64,000 bases of DNA from the NCBI GenBank assembly GCA_047495785.1, contig JBLDXI010000054.1, positions 4,092,001-4,156,000 of the forward strand, given 5' to 3'. Shown here one piece after another: positions 37,901-51,070 of the stretch; the first letter of the stretch is position 1, and every line of letters starts with the position of its first letter. The translations under genes were made by a program, and so were the position numbers. Under the pieces are notes generated by a model, which saw only the letters and a list, made by a program, of their open reading frames with translations, made no database searches and was not told the origin of the DNA. This stretch comes from Lepidodermella squamata. Taxonomy: Eukaryota; Animalia; Gastrotricha.

Positions 37901-40900
37901 ACAGCCTCGTAGTTGAGGGGCAGAACGAACGGCGCAGCATCGGCGGCTACCGGTATTGAAACCAGCCCACCAAGGCATTCAATCAACTTCTTCACGTCAT
38001 CGGCTGTGAAGTGGGCAATAATTTTAGGAAGTAGTTGAAGCAATGCTTTAGTGAGATCAGTAAGTTTCTGCTGCGTCGGCACTTCGGGTTTGGTCGGCGT
38101 CGGTGAATTAGCCGGGAAAAGGTTCGGCTTAATGAATTTACGAGCGATGTGAACCCAGGCGGGCCAAGCATTGGCGTAAGGTACGTGATCTGGCGATATG
38201 GCGCTGGACGCCGATCGCCTCGTGAGACCGATGTCCGGCTGATCATTTGATAAGCTAGGCATATCGGAAGAAGAGGGTGACTGCATTTTGCCCCAAGCTG
38301 ATGAGCACAGCTCGAGCAGGGCCTTGACAGCGGCGTGCGACACTTCGGGAGCCATCGCCCCGCCCGCGAGGCTGGAGAGTTGGTCTAAGAGAGCGGCCCA
38401 AATGTCTACGCAGCCATCCATTTGCCGAATCACCCGCTGCCGAGTTGTGAAAAGCCGACTCGCCCCACTTATAATTACGTTATGAGCCTCAGACCAGACC
38501 TTTGCCTCGGCCGGGGTATTCGAGGCAGTTATTTGGTCCTTATCTTCGCTAGCCGACGGAGTTTCACTTTTTTGCTCAGTATCTTGGGCATGTTCATTCG
38601 ATCGATTTTGTTGCTGTTGCTGTTGAACACCGGCTTGCAACCTGACAGAATCTAACAGTGGAAAAACGACTGTCCACAACAAATCGGCAACTGTCTGCAG
38701 TTTTAGTCGGTCAGTATGGGCTGCGAGAGCTTCAAACAGCGTCTGAGCCGCACTTTTCCGTAGAGGAGGGCGATTGTCGATGCAAAGTTCGCCCAGTTTG
38801 CGATACACTCGCATCCACAGCTCGTCTTCGGGTGGGTAGTCACTGTTACTTTTGATTCCATCAGCTAGAGTCACGGGTTCGAGAGGTTTATCGCGAGGTT
38901 GAGATAAATGGTCTACAATAGCCCAAAGAAGGCCAACCTAGAAAAGCAAGATGATACAAACAAGGTTCGAAAAATGCTTTTCCAGAACTAACAGCAGTGA
39001 GACTGATATTGAGATCAGCTTGTTGGCTGCAGAATTTAGCCACAGTGTCAATGCACTGCGCCAGGCCGTCCGTGTCCAAAGTTGCGAGGTGGTCTGTGGT
39101 CACGATCTGCAGGCACCGGAACGACTGGCGAACTAGAGCATCGCCGTGCTGAGGATTGATATCGCCGACCACGCCTAAAATCAGCGGCCAAACACCGGAA
39201 AGAAGCGGACCTTGACTTTGAACTATGTGCATGAGGCAATCCAGTTGCCGAGTTCGAACATCAGCGTTGGCTGAAGCTGCCGAACCGCTGGCAGCGGTTG
39301 ATGATAGCTCGACCAGCGGCGTCAGAATTGTATTCAACAAGCGCTGAAAAATTAAGGGGTGGTTACGTTTTTCATTTCCGGTCATTTTCATCCAGTAACC
39401 TTATTTTCACGCAAAGGCGGATTATGCTGGAAAGCGACAGCGGCTCTGACGAGAGAGACGACAGCTTCAACCCCATAGGACCGCAATGCGCCATTCGGGT
39501 GCTGGCATACCTGATATAAACAGACACGTGATAATTAAATTTATCCGGATTTTCTGCAACAATAACCAATAAGACTAAGGTCAATTTAAGCAAAGGCGCT
39601 GAATTTCCTAATTAGCTTTATTCCGCTCGGCCGTCGACTTGGCCGTGCCAAGCGTTTCATTCGATTGCAAATTTGATTTTACATAACGCCGAAATCGGCG
39701 CAAAGAATACCGGAACAGCACACCACTGCGGCGCAAGACAAAAAAAGAGTCATAACTTGAATGTACAGGCCAGCTTTGCCAACAAATAAGTGAAAACATT
39801 ACATTATAGTATATATTTTATATATATTTTTGCAGTATATATTTGCAGAACTGCTACCTAGCAAAGAACTGTCGTTGGAGCGGCGAAGCCCCTGAGTAAT
39901 TCCCCCGTCTATTAGCGGCATGTCAGCCGAAGAGAACTCAATTTGGAATAGATATGATTTTATTATTTCGTTTTTTATACTATGTATCGTTGGCGAAAAA
40001 GAAGAGACTTCTCAGCTAATCGCTTCCGTTAGACGATATAGAAAGGAGGCGCCCACTCGTGTGCACAAGAGTGACTTTTATTAACGTGGCGCCGCGTGTT
40101 ATAGTACAAAACAATGAAACGTGAGTCGGCATGGCCTTATTTCATTTTTGTTGTGTATTATCGCTATAGTTTAAAATGGGCTCGAATTTCTCCCCAGTCA
40201 ATACATACCGCACAGCGCTCGCTGTCTTTCGGCGCGCGAGGCCAAGTGTGAGGCAAGACAGAAAGCTAATAAATCATCGGTGAAGATCTCATTACTGGCC
40301 TTATATTATCTTTTTCTTTTTTCGAAATGGAGTGTTTTATTATACCACCCATAAATATATGACAGCCCCAGCTTAATATCCCACGACGCAGACAGGTCGA
40401 TTGGGTTGCGCGAGATCATTATCATCATCCCTTTGCAGCTCCACCCCATATCGTGCTGCTTTAAATCAATTTTACGATACATCTGATGCGATTCTCAAGC
40501 AGTGCTGCCGTAAAATCATTTATCAGGAAGAAATAGAAACATCGCGCGCAGTTATAAAAAATTCACCCTCCTCCCAATCGATTTTTGGCCGAAACAGAGC
40601 GCTAGTACGACACATACTAGTAAGGAGAGAAACGCGACCGGATGTCACAGCTAGGGATATCGACGCCGTATCGCATAGGTAGAGCGGCCGCTAGACACAT
40701 AAGACTTGTTCACTGAGCAAATAACCCACTTCAACTCGCAAAAAACCGCCGTTATTTTAACATCACAGAACAATGTAGTCCGCAGCGCCAGATTTTTCCC
40801 ATCGCGTCTAATCTCTAGCCATTGACCGGCTGGCCCGGCCATCAAAACTTACGCGCAAATTTACTACTAAAAGTTTTAGGCATTCTTAAGAAAGTCAATA

Positions 40901-43900
40901 GGAAACGATACGTAAATGCGCCCTACTTTTCGCCGTTTCCGATATAAGCGTTTTTTTGTCTGACCAATGGAGCATATGCTCTAGAGGTGCTGAGTGCTTA
41001 TTCAGGGATTTGTGTATAATTTGTTTCAGGGCTAGCCCATTTCTGACTAGCCATCGTAAATATTTTAGACGCAAAAACGCACATCATCGTAGTTGCCGAA
41101 ACAGCAACAAACAAAAAGCGGCATACCTATGAGCCCACATCATAAGATTAACATTATTGCGAAACATTAACCTAAGCGTCGGCTAAGCGTTTTTTAACTC
41201 GTTGTCTATTTTTGTAGTGATTTTGAAATGGGAGGCAATGCAACGGCGTATCTCGAACGCATTCTCAACACCATCTACGAGGCGGAGACCACCGAAACCA
41301 CGATTACGCCGTCGCGTTGCCAGCCGCTCGGAGCCGACGGCATTTGGTGGGCTGCGTTGTTTTGCGAGGCCTACTTCGTCGCGCATGGTTACATTGCCAT
41401 CGCCCTATGCACCTATGGCTTGCTCAGTAACATCTTCACCGTCCTCATCTTCAGTAGGCGAGGCATGCGAACCCCGGTCAACCTACTCCTCACCGCCATC
41501 GCCGTAGCCGACTCCCTTACAATGCTGCCGTACATTCCTTACGCCAGCTACTTCTATATCGTCGTGAAATGCATAAAATTCGAGTGCGCCGATCAGTACC
41601 CAGCCTTTTGGGTATCCTACTTACTTGCCTCGAATCGCTTATTTCTAACCTTCCACAACGTCGCCATTTGGCTAACTGTGGCACTGTCGGTTATCCGGTG
41701 GATTAGTGTATGCCGACACACTATTGCCAAAACTTATTGCTCCATGAACAGAGTCAAACTTACCATAGCAATTGTCACATTTCTCGGCACAGTCATTTGT
41801 ATACCTACATATCTAGAGTTCAAAGTGGAAAACTACGGCGAAGAAGAGGCGCCATCCTATTGGCTTGCTTACACTTTCGATGCGAGCGAGTCCCTAAAAG
41901 ATGTCAACTTCATAGTCTATGCAGCAATATTGCGACTCGTACCATGTGCCGTTATGATAGGATTTTCAGTTCCAATAATAGTGAAAGTTAGTTTGAACCA
42001 GATTTTTAATACCTTTTTACATTTTTCACTTTTAACAGGTGCATAAAGCAAATAAGGCGCGCGAACGGATGCACAAAAACGAAGAGGAAATAAGGCGCGG
42101 GGGAGCGAAATCTTTAGAACCTATGCTATCGGTGGCAGCTGGTGAGGTCGAGATGTCTCCACGCCTGTCAGAGAAGCCTTCAATTGCAAAAACGTTGTCA
42201 CGCGCGAGCACGGCGAAGTCGAAAGGCAATCGGCAAGGCACAACCGTCATGTTGGTTACAATAGTTCTGTTCTTTGTTGCGGTCGAAATGCCGATCGGTC
42301 TCGTTTGTCTAGTCAGCGGCTTCAACCGCTACTTCTCTTCGAGTGTTTATGTCTACTTGGGCGACTTGCAAGATGATCTCGTTCTACTCAATTCCGCCGT
42401 TAATTTTACTCTTTACTGCTTGATGAGCGCCCAGTTCCGACAAACTTGTCGGCAAGCGTTCGGTGAATGGCGGACTAAACTGGCGTCGTTATGTTGTTGC
42501 CGAAAAGAACGGGGCGAGTCACAACTCAGCGACAATAGCCAGCAGAAACCCCCGGTCATCAAGGTCGAAGCGGAAGGTGCAGTGGACACCAACATAACAA
42601 CGCTTCAAAACTAATATTATCAAATGCTATAAGTTGCCCGTTTTATACTGCCTCGCTTTCTCATTATTTAATATCAACTTTAAATGAAGTATTTTTCTGA
42701 TTGTAACGTTAATTTGTAAGCGAAAAATGAACTGTGAGCAACAAAACTCTTTCTTGTTAGGGCATCAATCAATAAAAATGAACGGAACTAACTTCCAGAA
42801 GATGATTCGTTAGCGGCTTCCACAGTATTTCCAGACGCGGGAGATTAACCAGACCCGTTTCGAGCAACTTTGCAATGGGGAATAGTGATGGCTCGCGGTT
42901 AGCAGCGTACGCTACCTCCATACATTCGTGCGAGAGATTGCACAGCGCCGTAAGCAAATGATGCAGTGCTACTTCGTCTAGGTACCTATATAAAACACAG
43001 AGAATAACGCCGGGCAAAAAATAAACGCACGCGAGTATAAACGCTATAACATCAACACTACGTACTGTGAGCTTTCGAATAGCCGGCTCAACATTGATGC
43101 CAAAATCGGTAGATCTTGTGCGCCCATTTGCGAGCCAGGAGGCAGTGAGATGTCAGCCGCAACAGGTCGATCGGCGCGTAAACTGCCGCCAACCGCCGGA
43201 CGCAGTCCGAGAATATAGCACAAGTGTTGAAGAGTGGCCAGTACCAGGTGCCAACTAGGCCCGAGCACCGCGCCGTGGCAGTGAGCCAGAGATAACACAG
43301 CTCGCATGCATTGAATGTTACGGGTTGTCAACGTAACTGGACCTTGAATAGGCCCCAAAATAAGACTAGCAGTCAGCAAAGGGCTGCCGACTGCCACCAC
43401 TGCTGATGACTGGTCAGTAGTGGGCGGCGGCGCTAGTTCCTGCGCGTTGTGACCGGCTGTACCGAATGCTCCAGATTTCGATGAAGCAGCTAGGCCGAAA
43501 GCGGCCGTGTTCAAAATTGTCAACGTGTAATAAGGAGGAAGAGAAGCTTTGCACAATGCTGTAACAAAAGCATCTCGAGGTGATGGAAGATTCAATGCGC
43601 CTGCCATACTGGCGCACGCTTGCATCGCTTTCAGAATAGCCTCGCCGGCGCTCTCATCGGTGCTCGACTCGAGCATCAGGGAAAGAGCTGCTAGAACTGC
43701 GCACCAAATCGAAGATACTGTTTGTTGACTAATTTGATGCTCCTCAGATTCCGCCCCCAATTGCACTGATTGTGGAAGAACACTGTGGGGACGCTCGATT
43801 AGAGCCTGGCAAGTTGAAACTAGCTCGAGCAGAGCACAGAACGCCACTGTGGCGCCGTAACCTTCTGGCACTGGCACTGAAACGTCGGTTTTGTCGAGCA

Positions 43901-45897
43901 TTTCAAGCAACAGTGGTTTGGCTGGATGCTGGCTGGGCAGGAACAACAGAGGTACGCTCACGCCTCGATAGACGAACATTACCGGTTGAACGGCCCCGCT
44001 GCCACCGGGAAGCGCAGGGTTTGAAGCCAACGTAGTAGGGTTCGGGCCTTGAACGTCGCTCAAAGACTGGCGCGAGGCAGAATTCGACATTGAAGAGGCA
44101 CCAAGGAAACACGATTGAATAAACGCAGCCAACGCCGAGACAAGATCGGCCAGGATTTTCGTCGAGTGAGGCTTCGCATCGTAGGAAATGACGATAGCTC
44201 GAACTAAGGCAGCGTTTCGGAACACCGAGGCAATAACTTCCACAGCCAGCACACGTTGCCATGCAGGTTTTTCGCTGTCGCACAACTAAACAAAATGCGG
44301 AAAAGGTTCAACACAGATTAGCCATAGCTCGTATTTAGACCAGAAAATAAAGAAATTAGAGTTTCTATAGCCTTGCCAGTTCATTTCAGAACATCAGGAC
44401 TCTAATAAAGCTACGGATGGATAGCAACGAATACCGTAAATAGTGAAATATTAGGCACCAGTATTCTTTTCCAACCTGCCATTAGTAAACTTCAAATGGC
44501 AGTAAAAGGCATCTGCATAGTATTTCGGGCTGACCTCGTATTTCCGTAGTTGCGGTATTAATTAGCTATCCATGTGGTAAAATTCGGTGCATTTCCTCTA
44601 TTTAAGTTTATTTTTCGACGAATGCAGTTGCTCACCTTAGCCAAAATCGATAGGAATATTTCGCTTTCAGTGAGCATCAGATGAAAATAATATCGAATAA
44701 GCGTGTGGACGATGCGCATTATGCGATTTGTGATTGGAAAGTAGGCTTTATCAGGAGCGCCAGGAATGTATTGACTGGCAGAAGGCGTTGCAGAAGAAGC
44801 CAGGGACATTGTAGCTGAGTTGTTACCCGCAGCTGACGTGCCGTTGGCAGGGCCTGGCGACATATGCCCTGCCGAGTTGATCGAGGCATTCATCGACGGC
44901 GAAGATGTCAACCGCGGAGGTTTGATGTTCGGCGAGAACAGCCGAATAACCATTGGACAAACGCGGTCTTTGACAAGGGCACAGAACTCCTGGTGGCCTA
45001 GAAAGAGTGTTGAATATGACGTCAATGCAGACTCGATCAGCTCAAGACAAAGTGTCCGCGTCATTTCCGATATACCGATGAGCCAGTGAGGCGGCTCGCC
45101 GTTGATGAGGAAGCAGAAGTCTTGAAAAAGCATGTAAGCGTCAGCAGCGTGAGGCCGCAGTGTTTTCGGTGGAACGCTTCGACGTTCATTCAAGCTCGAC
45201 GGGACAGGTTCAGCAGATGGCTGAGACTCACTCTCGGCAGGCAAAGCTGCGGATGAGCTGTTATCTTCAGCAACAGCCCGTTCGAAAACAACGCTGACCA
45301 ACTGTTTAATGGTCGCAGCGGCAGTGTTCACGGTCAACGGGTCTTTGGCGAAGTGCAGACGAAAGCAAAGCACAAGTGCCTTCGCTAAAGTGTCGTGCAA
45401 GGCAACTTCGCCGCCTGCGTTAACCAGCAAAGCGGCAGTTTGAAGTAGTCTAAGCTCTTCAATGTGAGCGTCCATGAGTTGCCACAGAATGGCAACGACT
45501 GAGTCAGCGCATTTCGAGGTAGCACATCCAGCCTGAATTAGTCGTTGAATTGCTGCCAAGCTAATACTCACTAATTTGGGTTGTTTTGTTTCACAGGCTA
45601 GCAAGAAGGGCGAAAACGTCTAAAAATTGAATTATAACAATAGTGCTTTGCGTAAAAATTATTCAGCATTACCTCAAGCGAATTCGCTAACAAGCCAGAC
45701 TGAACGTCAGTGCCATATTTCGCAATGATTGTTTTGACGCGCATGAGCCCGTTTTCCGCCGCATCGGTTACCGGTTTGTTTTTTCGTTTCGCTTCTGTAC
45801 AAAGAGACCGAAGGTCGTTTTGCAGCTGGTCAATGAGTCGCTGTGCAATGCCTATCTGATCGTGCGCGGAAGAGGTGCTCCCTCCAGATAATGACAT
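31923..45897 (-). CDS. MON2: Protein MON2 homolog, multi-exon, with two large gene-containing introns (33231-37492, 39511-42792)
   Basis: [115 protein letters not shown]. Confidence 0.95.
35752..36674 (+). CDS. PAR-related bZIP transcription factor (giant/CES-2-like), 3 coding exons, nested in a MON2 intron
   Basis: Exons 35752-36022, 36083-36351, 36462-36674; basic zipper [65 protein letters not shown]; N-terminal SFKPY resembles the giant RPFKAY motif. Confidence 0.9.
41228..42614 (+). CDS. Class A neuropeptide GPCR, myosuppressin receptor/dmsr-like, 2 coding exons, nested in a MON2 intron
   Basis: Seven hydrophobic segments; [66 protein letters not shown]; intron 41987-42038. Confidence 0.9.
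44417..44573. mobile_element. Small degenerate palindromic MITE inside a MON2 intron
   Basis: Nested inverted repeats ATGGATAGC/GCTATCCAT, AATACCG/CGGTATT and CTGCCATT/AATGGCAG; TACCGTA...TGCGGTA ends resemble those of the 12.1-kb element; the host intron is about 350 nt versus about 50 typical. Confidence 0.55.
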
Positions 45898-46381
45898 TTC
45901 CCTCGCACTGGTTCGTGAATGTACTCGATATTCAAAGATGTTCTAAAAAGATTAAATTTCGATTAGATTTCATTCAATAAATTTATTTGTCAACTCAGTA
46001 GATTCCCAGCAATTAAAACACAAAAAGGTAGGAAAATAGGCAGTAAATCTTCCGCACAAAACGCATAAAAAATGTTTGATCATCTCGAGTATTTCGATGT
46101 AGCACCAGTGTTAATGAGGTCAGCAGACTAATATATATTTCAACGCACTCACGGTTAGATAGAAAGTAATGACATCTAATAAGGCTGAGTCGAGATTAAT
46201 TCTCCGTATGGAGAAATGGACAAGATTGATAAGACAAGGCGTCTCAGTCAACAAATGAAAAAAAACAGTCAATAAATTTAACGCGATTCAGCAGATTGCC
46301 AGCACAAGTTCGATACCGGGTACAAGGACAAGGTAAAAGTATTCGAAAAATTCAATAGCACCTATTCAGATCATAACTTCA

Positions 46382-48048
46382 TTACTTTCCCGCTTCACTT
46401 TGACCATTAACAAGCGGAACTTCCTTGCCAGGCGCAACCGCCGAAACTTTATGAGATGAGCCGAGAGATTTTGCTTGCTTTGTGATAACAAAGATAACTC
46501 CAACACATGCGGCGAGAACGGTTAATTGGGTCGAGTGTTGAGTCGGCGCATCGGCGATGAACATAGCCACGATTGACCGACAAGCGACTAGGAAGGATGC
46601 AGTGGTGCCAATATGTAGAATAACTCGATTGTGCCCCAAAAGAGCGGCAAGCCAAACGGGAACAAATTTGGGGCGCCCAATGGCAGGAACTATAGCAGAA
46701 ACTAACGCGATTCCAATGAAAACAGCCAAGCCGGCCAAGAAACGGTTGGACCAAATCCGAACTCTGTCTGTTAGAAGATGTGACAGCAGCAACTCCTTCA
46801 ATGTAATCGATGAAAAACAATTGAAATGAGCAGTTGTCACACATACCTCTGGTTCTGTTTTTCCAAGACGAATGACTTCGATCGTACTCCCATTTTGGGC
46901 CGTGAAGCGCACCACAGACTTACCCCGCTGCTTCCCCACTGCACTCACCTTCACAGTGAAAAAATAAAGGTTTCTTGTAAATTCAGATCCTGATAAATGT
47001 GCTTAATTTCAAACTAACGATATCGGCCGGACCATAAGTAGTGTCTTCGCTAATTGATAGACCAGCAAAACTGAATTGGACCATCATGTCTCCGATTTTC
47101 GGATTATCAGGATCTTCACTGAAGTATATTGCGCTATTTCGGAGTATCGGTCGGGGCAGTTTTTTATCAGCAAACACTTTTTTCGCCAATAAAGCCTGAA
47201 CAGTATGCGGCATGATTCTCAAAGGCCGAAAGTTTGCAATTTGAGCCGCTAATGCCGGCGACAGCTGAAAGCTGCCCACGAAGACAGCATCAGCGGATAC
47301 AGTTAACGGTGCGATCGGGAAAACACTAATCAGTTGTGTCACGTTAAGCAGTTTGTCGGAAAAATCGGAAAAACTTACGTTGGATTTTTGTGTCCTTCCA
47401 TGTCAAGTTTGATGATTTTATTTACCCATCTTTTCTCTGTGAAAGTTTCCTAGTTATATTCCGATATCTCTTTATATATCAAATTTTTACCAAATCTATA
47501 CTCCACTTCACTCTTCACGCGATCTCCGACGTCCACCTCCCTGAATAAGAAATATTGAAATTGAGACAAAAATATAAAAGCAATATTTTACTTCGTTTCG
47601 GTGAACACAGTCCATTGAAACATTGATACTTCGCGCTTCAGTTGGCAGGCGTGAACACCGACGCCAAAAAGAGGGTCGTTAAGCTTCTGTTTATTTATAG
47701 ACGTAAACGTTATGGATGCATAACAAATCGATTAGGCAAACCTTCAAGGTTCGCAACTCGCCAGAAAGGTATACCAATTTGTCATTATTTTCCTGATATG
47801 CTACCTCAATATTAGCCAGGCGAATGAGGATTTGCATTTCATCTTCGATCTGCTTGTTTACTTCAATGGCATTTTTCTGTTACACAAGATTAAGAATCGC
47901 AATAACTTTATTCATGAAAACTAACCTCCTTAACGCAGAAAAAAATGACACCAGCAGAAATGCAAACTAGCGATACAATAAATATCCCAATAGCATCGTA
48001 TGATAGACGTCGCTTAGCCTTTGATGATGAATGCTTCTGAGAGCTCAT
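46382..48048 (-). CDS. TMEM43: Transmembrane protein 43 homolog, multi-exon
   Basis: ENNDKLVYLSG, LNDPLFGVGVHACQLKREVSMFQW, GHKNP, DPDNPKIGDMMVQFSFAG, VSAVGKQRG, C-terminal TM segments. Confidence 0.88.
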
Positions 48049-49387
48049 GACAAATTAGTCATACCTATAAAAACATCAATAGATAAAATTAACAGAATTA
48101 ACAAAATGGTTTAAATGTCATCCGTGAGCGGATGACGGCAACATTTCCCTTAGGCAGGTAATGCTCTCCAGGGCCAAAGAACAGAAGGTAATTTATCGTT
48201 AAATTCCGATAAAACCTATCGCGACGCTTTTAGGAAGAAGTTTGTCCAGGAATCCGATCAAAGCAGATCGCCGCGAATAAATTGGCAAATCACGGCAATC
48301 ATCTTAATGCATGAAGCTGAGGTCAAGATTATACATTTTAAACAACAGTTCCTTCAACCTATCAAGTTTCAAGATAACCAATGACTGGTCGCCATGAATT
48401 AGCATTACTAGAAAGAAGTCACAGCTTATTTATTTGTAATCGGCTTTAATGCAGCGGTTGTTTTCTGGTTCTCCCATCACTAGCTTCCGCAGAAGTGGCT
48501 CTCAGCGATTAGTAATAGCTGTTAAGCAGTCTCTCTCTTTGTCGACCAGTAACGTTTCAAGGCTTAACCGAGTTTCATGTTACAGAAACCCAAATGCTAG
48601 TACCAGAAAGTGTAGAGACGGACTACATATTATGAGTCCGAAGTATCTGTGTATCTAGCGTTTTCCGAAATACTTGATAACCGGAAATATGAAATATTTT
48701 CTTTCGCGTGTCAATTATAAGGTTTCCGAAGCGATAGTAAGTGCTTTGGTTAAGCTCGCATAGCGAGGATTCCGCGATCGCCAAATTGTGACTGGAGACC
48801 ATCTCAACGGTCTAACTGCGAACGAACTAACATAAGAACATCGACCTTTCAAGTCGCGTATCCAGAGGCGATAGTTAAATCAGCATGTAGAACAATGATG
48901 ATGATATCGCCAGTCGTCAATGGCAAATGACAAATAGCCGTAGAAGACTGGACAATGGCAATCGGGTCTATCGCGCGAAAAAACACCGATCCCCCCATTC
49001 GCCCCCTTCGGAAGATAAAAAGCAATCGGAGAAGGTAAGGAAACAAAACGGGCGCGCTCACGTCATGTCATAAAGCCGACACCGGACACACTCGCATATT
49101 TGAGTGATCTTTTCGTTACTCTCCCGAAAATAAATTATTCAGCCAGGCCGGAATGTGGCAAAAGTGCGAAAGGGGAAGTTTGGAAGCAGAACTTTAAAAG
49201 AGGGAGTAACACGTGATGCAAAATTCGGCTTGGTAATTCCTAGATGCGCATAAAAATCAAGGGCAGTGAGATTTACTTCCACATATTTTCTGGGAACAAG
49301 TACAATACTGCAGCGGTTGCATGTCAGATCGAATCCAACAGACTCGAAGACCGCATCGAAGAATCCAAAAAATCCAAAAATATAGAA

Positions 49388-49821
49388 TCCAAAAAATGCT
49401 CGACCAGGTACAAGATAGATTCGTGAAAGCAACTGGGGTTCAGCTCCAGCCCCTTTCGCAACGCCGATTCGTCGGTGTCATGACCTACATTTACAAGATT
49501 GTGGTCGCAGGTCGAGGAACTGCTCAAGTCCGGTCGAAATTCGTCAAGATCAACAAACAAACCATCAGAACCAAATCGAGAAGATGGGAAAACCTACACC
49601 ACCACCAGATCCGGCTGGCAGCGAAGAGCTCAACAAAGGACACTGCCCCCTTCACGCGCATGGCGACCATCATCCAGCGCTGGAATGACCTGCCCAAGAC
49701 CGTGTTTCCAGACATTATTGATCCTCACTTATTCAAAAAATCTGTGAACGACCTAGGCCTAGTTTTTTAACATCCGAAAACTGACCGAAAATTCTTCGTA
49801 AATAAAAAAAAAAAAAAAAAA
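49388..49821 (+). mobile_element. 5'-truncated non-LTR retrotransposon (CR1/L2/Jockey-like 3' end) with poly(A) tail
   Basis: ORF2-like C-terminus LQPLSQRR...YKI...RWNDLP...FKK stops at 49770, followed by AATAAA and an A-tract; candidate target duplication ATAGAA at 49382-49387 and 49822-49827. Confidence 0.8.
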
Positions 49822-51070
49822 ATAGAAAAGTGGGCGCGCGTAAGTAAAATGGTCAAGGACGCCCGGATATTTAAAAATTAATTATTATATGATAACTCTT
49901 TTGGATTTTAATTTTCCAACTAATTCACCAAAAATTTGTTAATATTTGTTGCCGCATTCATTTTTTTCTAAACTTTTTTGTATTTTTTCTGTTCTTCAAC
50001 TGTTTTTTTGATGTTTTTCATTTGATGTCAGCATATTTGTCGGGATAGCAAGTTTTAATGAGTTGATACTGAATTCTACGATAATCTAGCTTTTGATGAA
50101 TGAATAAAAAGTTGAATGTTGAATGATTGGATATGCGGTATTTTTGTTAGTTGTGAAACAAGGCGCAGCCCCCTCCACTATTTTAAATGAGGAAAGGAGC
50201 TGTTCACAGGCAAGGCGATTCGATTGCAGCTATCGTATTGTCTCGTTCTTTGAAAACCTCGCCTGATGTTTGATGTTGTTACGCCGTGACTCTGATGCTA
50301 TGTCTGATGCTTTGGAGCTCTTTTTGGTAATCCCAGCTATAGATCCTGTCTCATCATCCTCTCCTCATCATCCTGTCTCATCCTGTCTCATGGGTTATAC
50401 TGGAGTTTCAGAGCCAGGCATTACCATAGCAGACCATTTTCTCTCCTTTACCCCCAGTTCTCACGCTGAGAACGTTCAGCGAAGTCAGCAAATCAGAGAG
50501 ATCGCCTGTAAAGTAGCTCTTTGTGGATCTTTGTGGATATATATTCTGCTGGCTTCAACAAACGTGTGCGTTGTTTAAATATGTTCAGTAGTTCTCAAAG
50601 TTTATTGTCTATTTTCGTTCATTTAAGTTGTTTTCTAAGTTGGTGAAGCTCACTAATCACTAATTTCTTACCCTAACGATGCAGTTATGATCAGTTGTTG
50701 GAAGTGTCCTGGGCTCGGCCTTGCCAAGTAAGTTTGTCAGGCGGCGTTGCAGACCTTGTCATCGCAGTCGCATGATGGAAATGCTCTTCTTAGGGTTTGG
50801 CACCTAACGTGTTAGCAGGAAGTGCTCTATTTGTTTCTCTCTACCCTCCTCGCGTAATTACTTGTGTGACTTGTGTGTTGTGGTGCATTAAGAACTGCTT
50901 TCTGCTGAAGCTGTGATAGCCATGTTTAGGTCTATCCTTTTGGCAATAAGTAATAAGCCCGTGATTTTTAGCCACATTGCAAGCTTAAGCATTAACTCTT
51001 TCGTGAATCAAGTCTCTCTTATCAGTGATATATTTTCTAATTACACGACTATCTTTAGATCGTTTTCAAA

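Noticed and set aside
48117-48136. 8-bp hairpin GTCATCCG/CGGATGAC upstream of TMEM43
   Set aside because: Single short stem not repeated before other genes and lacking a Helitron-type end.
50270-50900. Short CATCCTGTCT-like tandem repeats and a 102-aa ORF
   Set aside because: Possibly a decayed transposon fragment, but I can identify no termini or domain.
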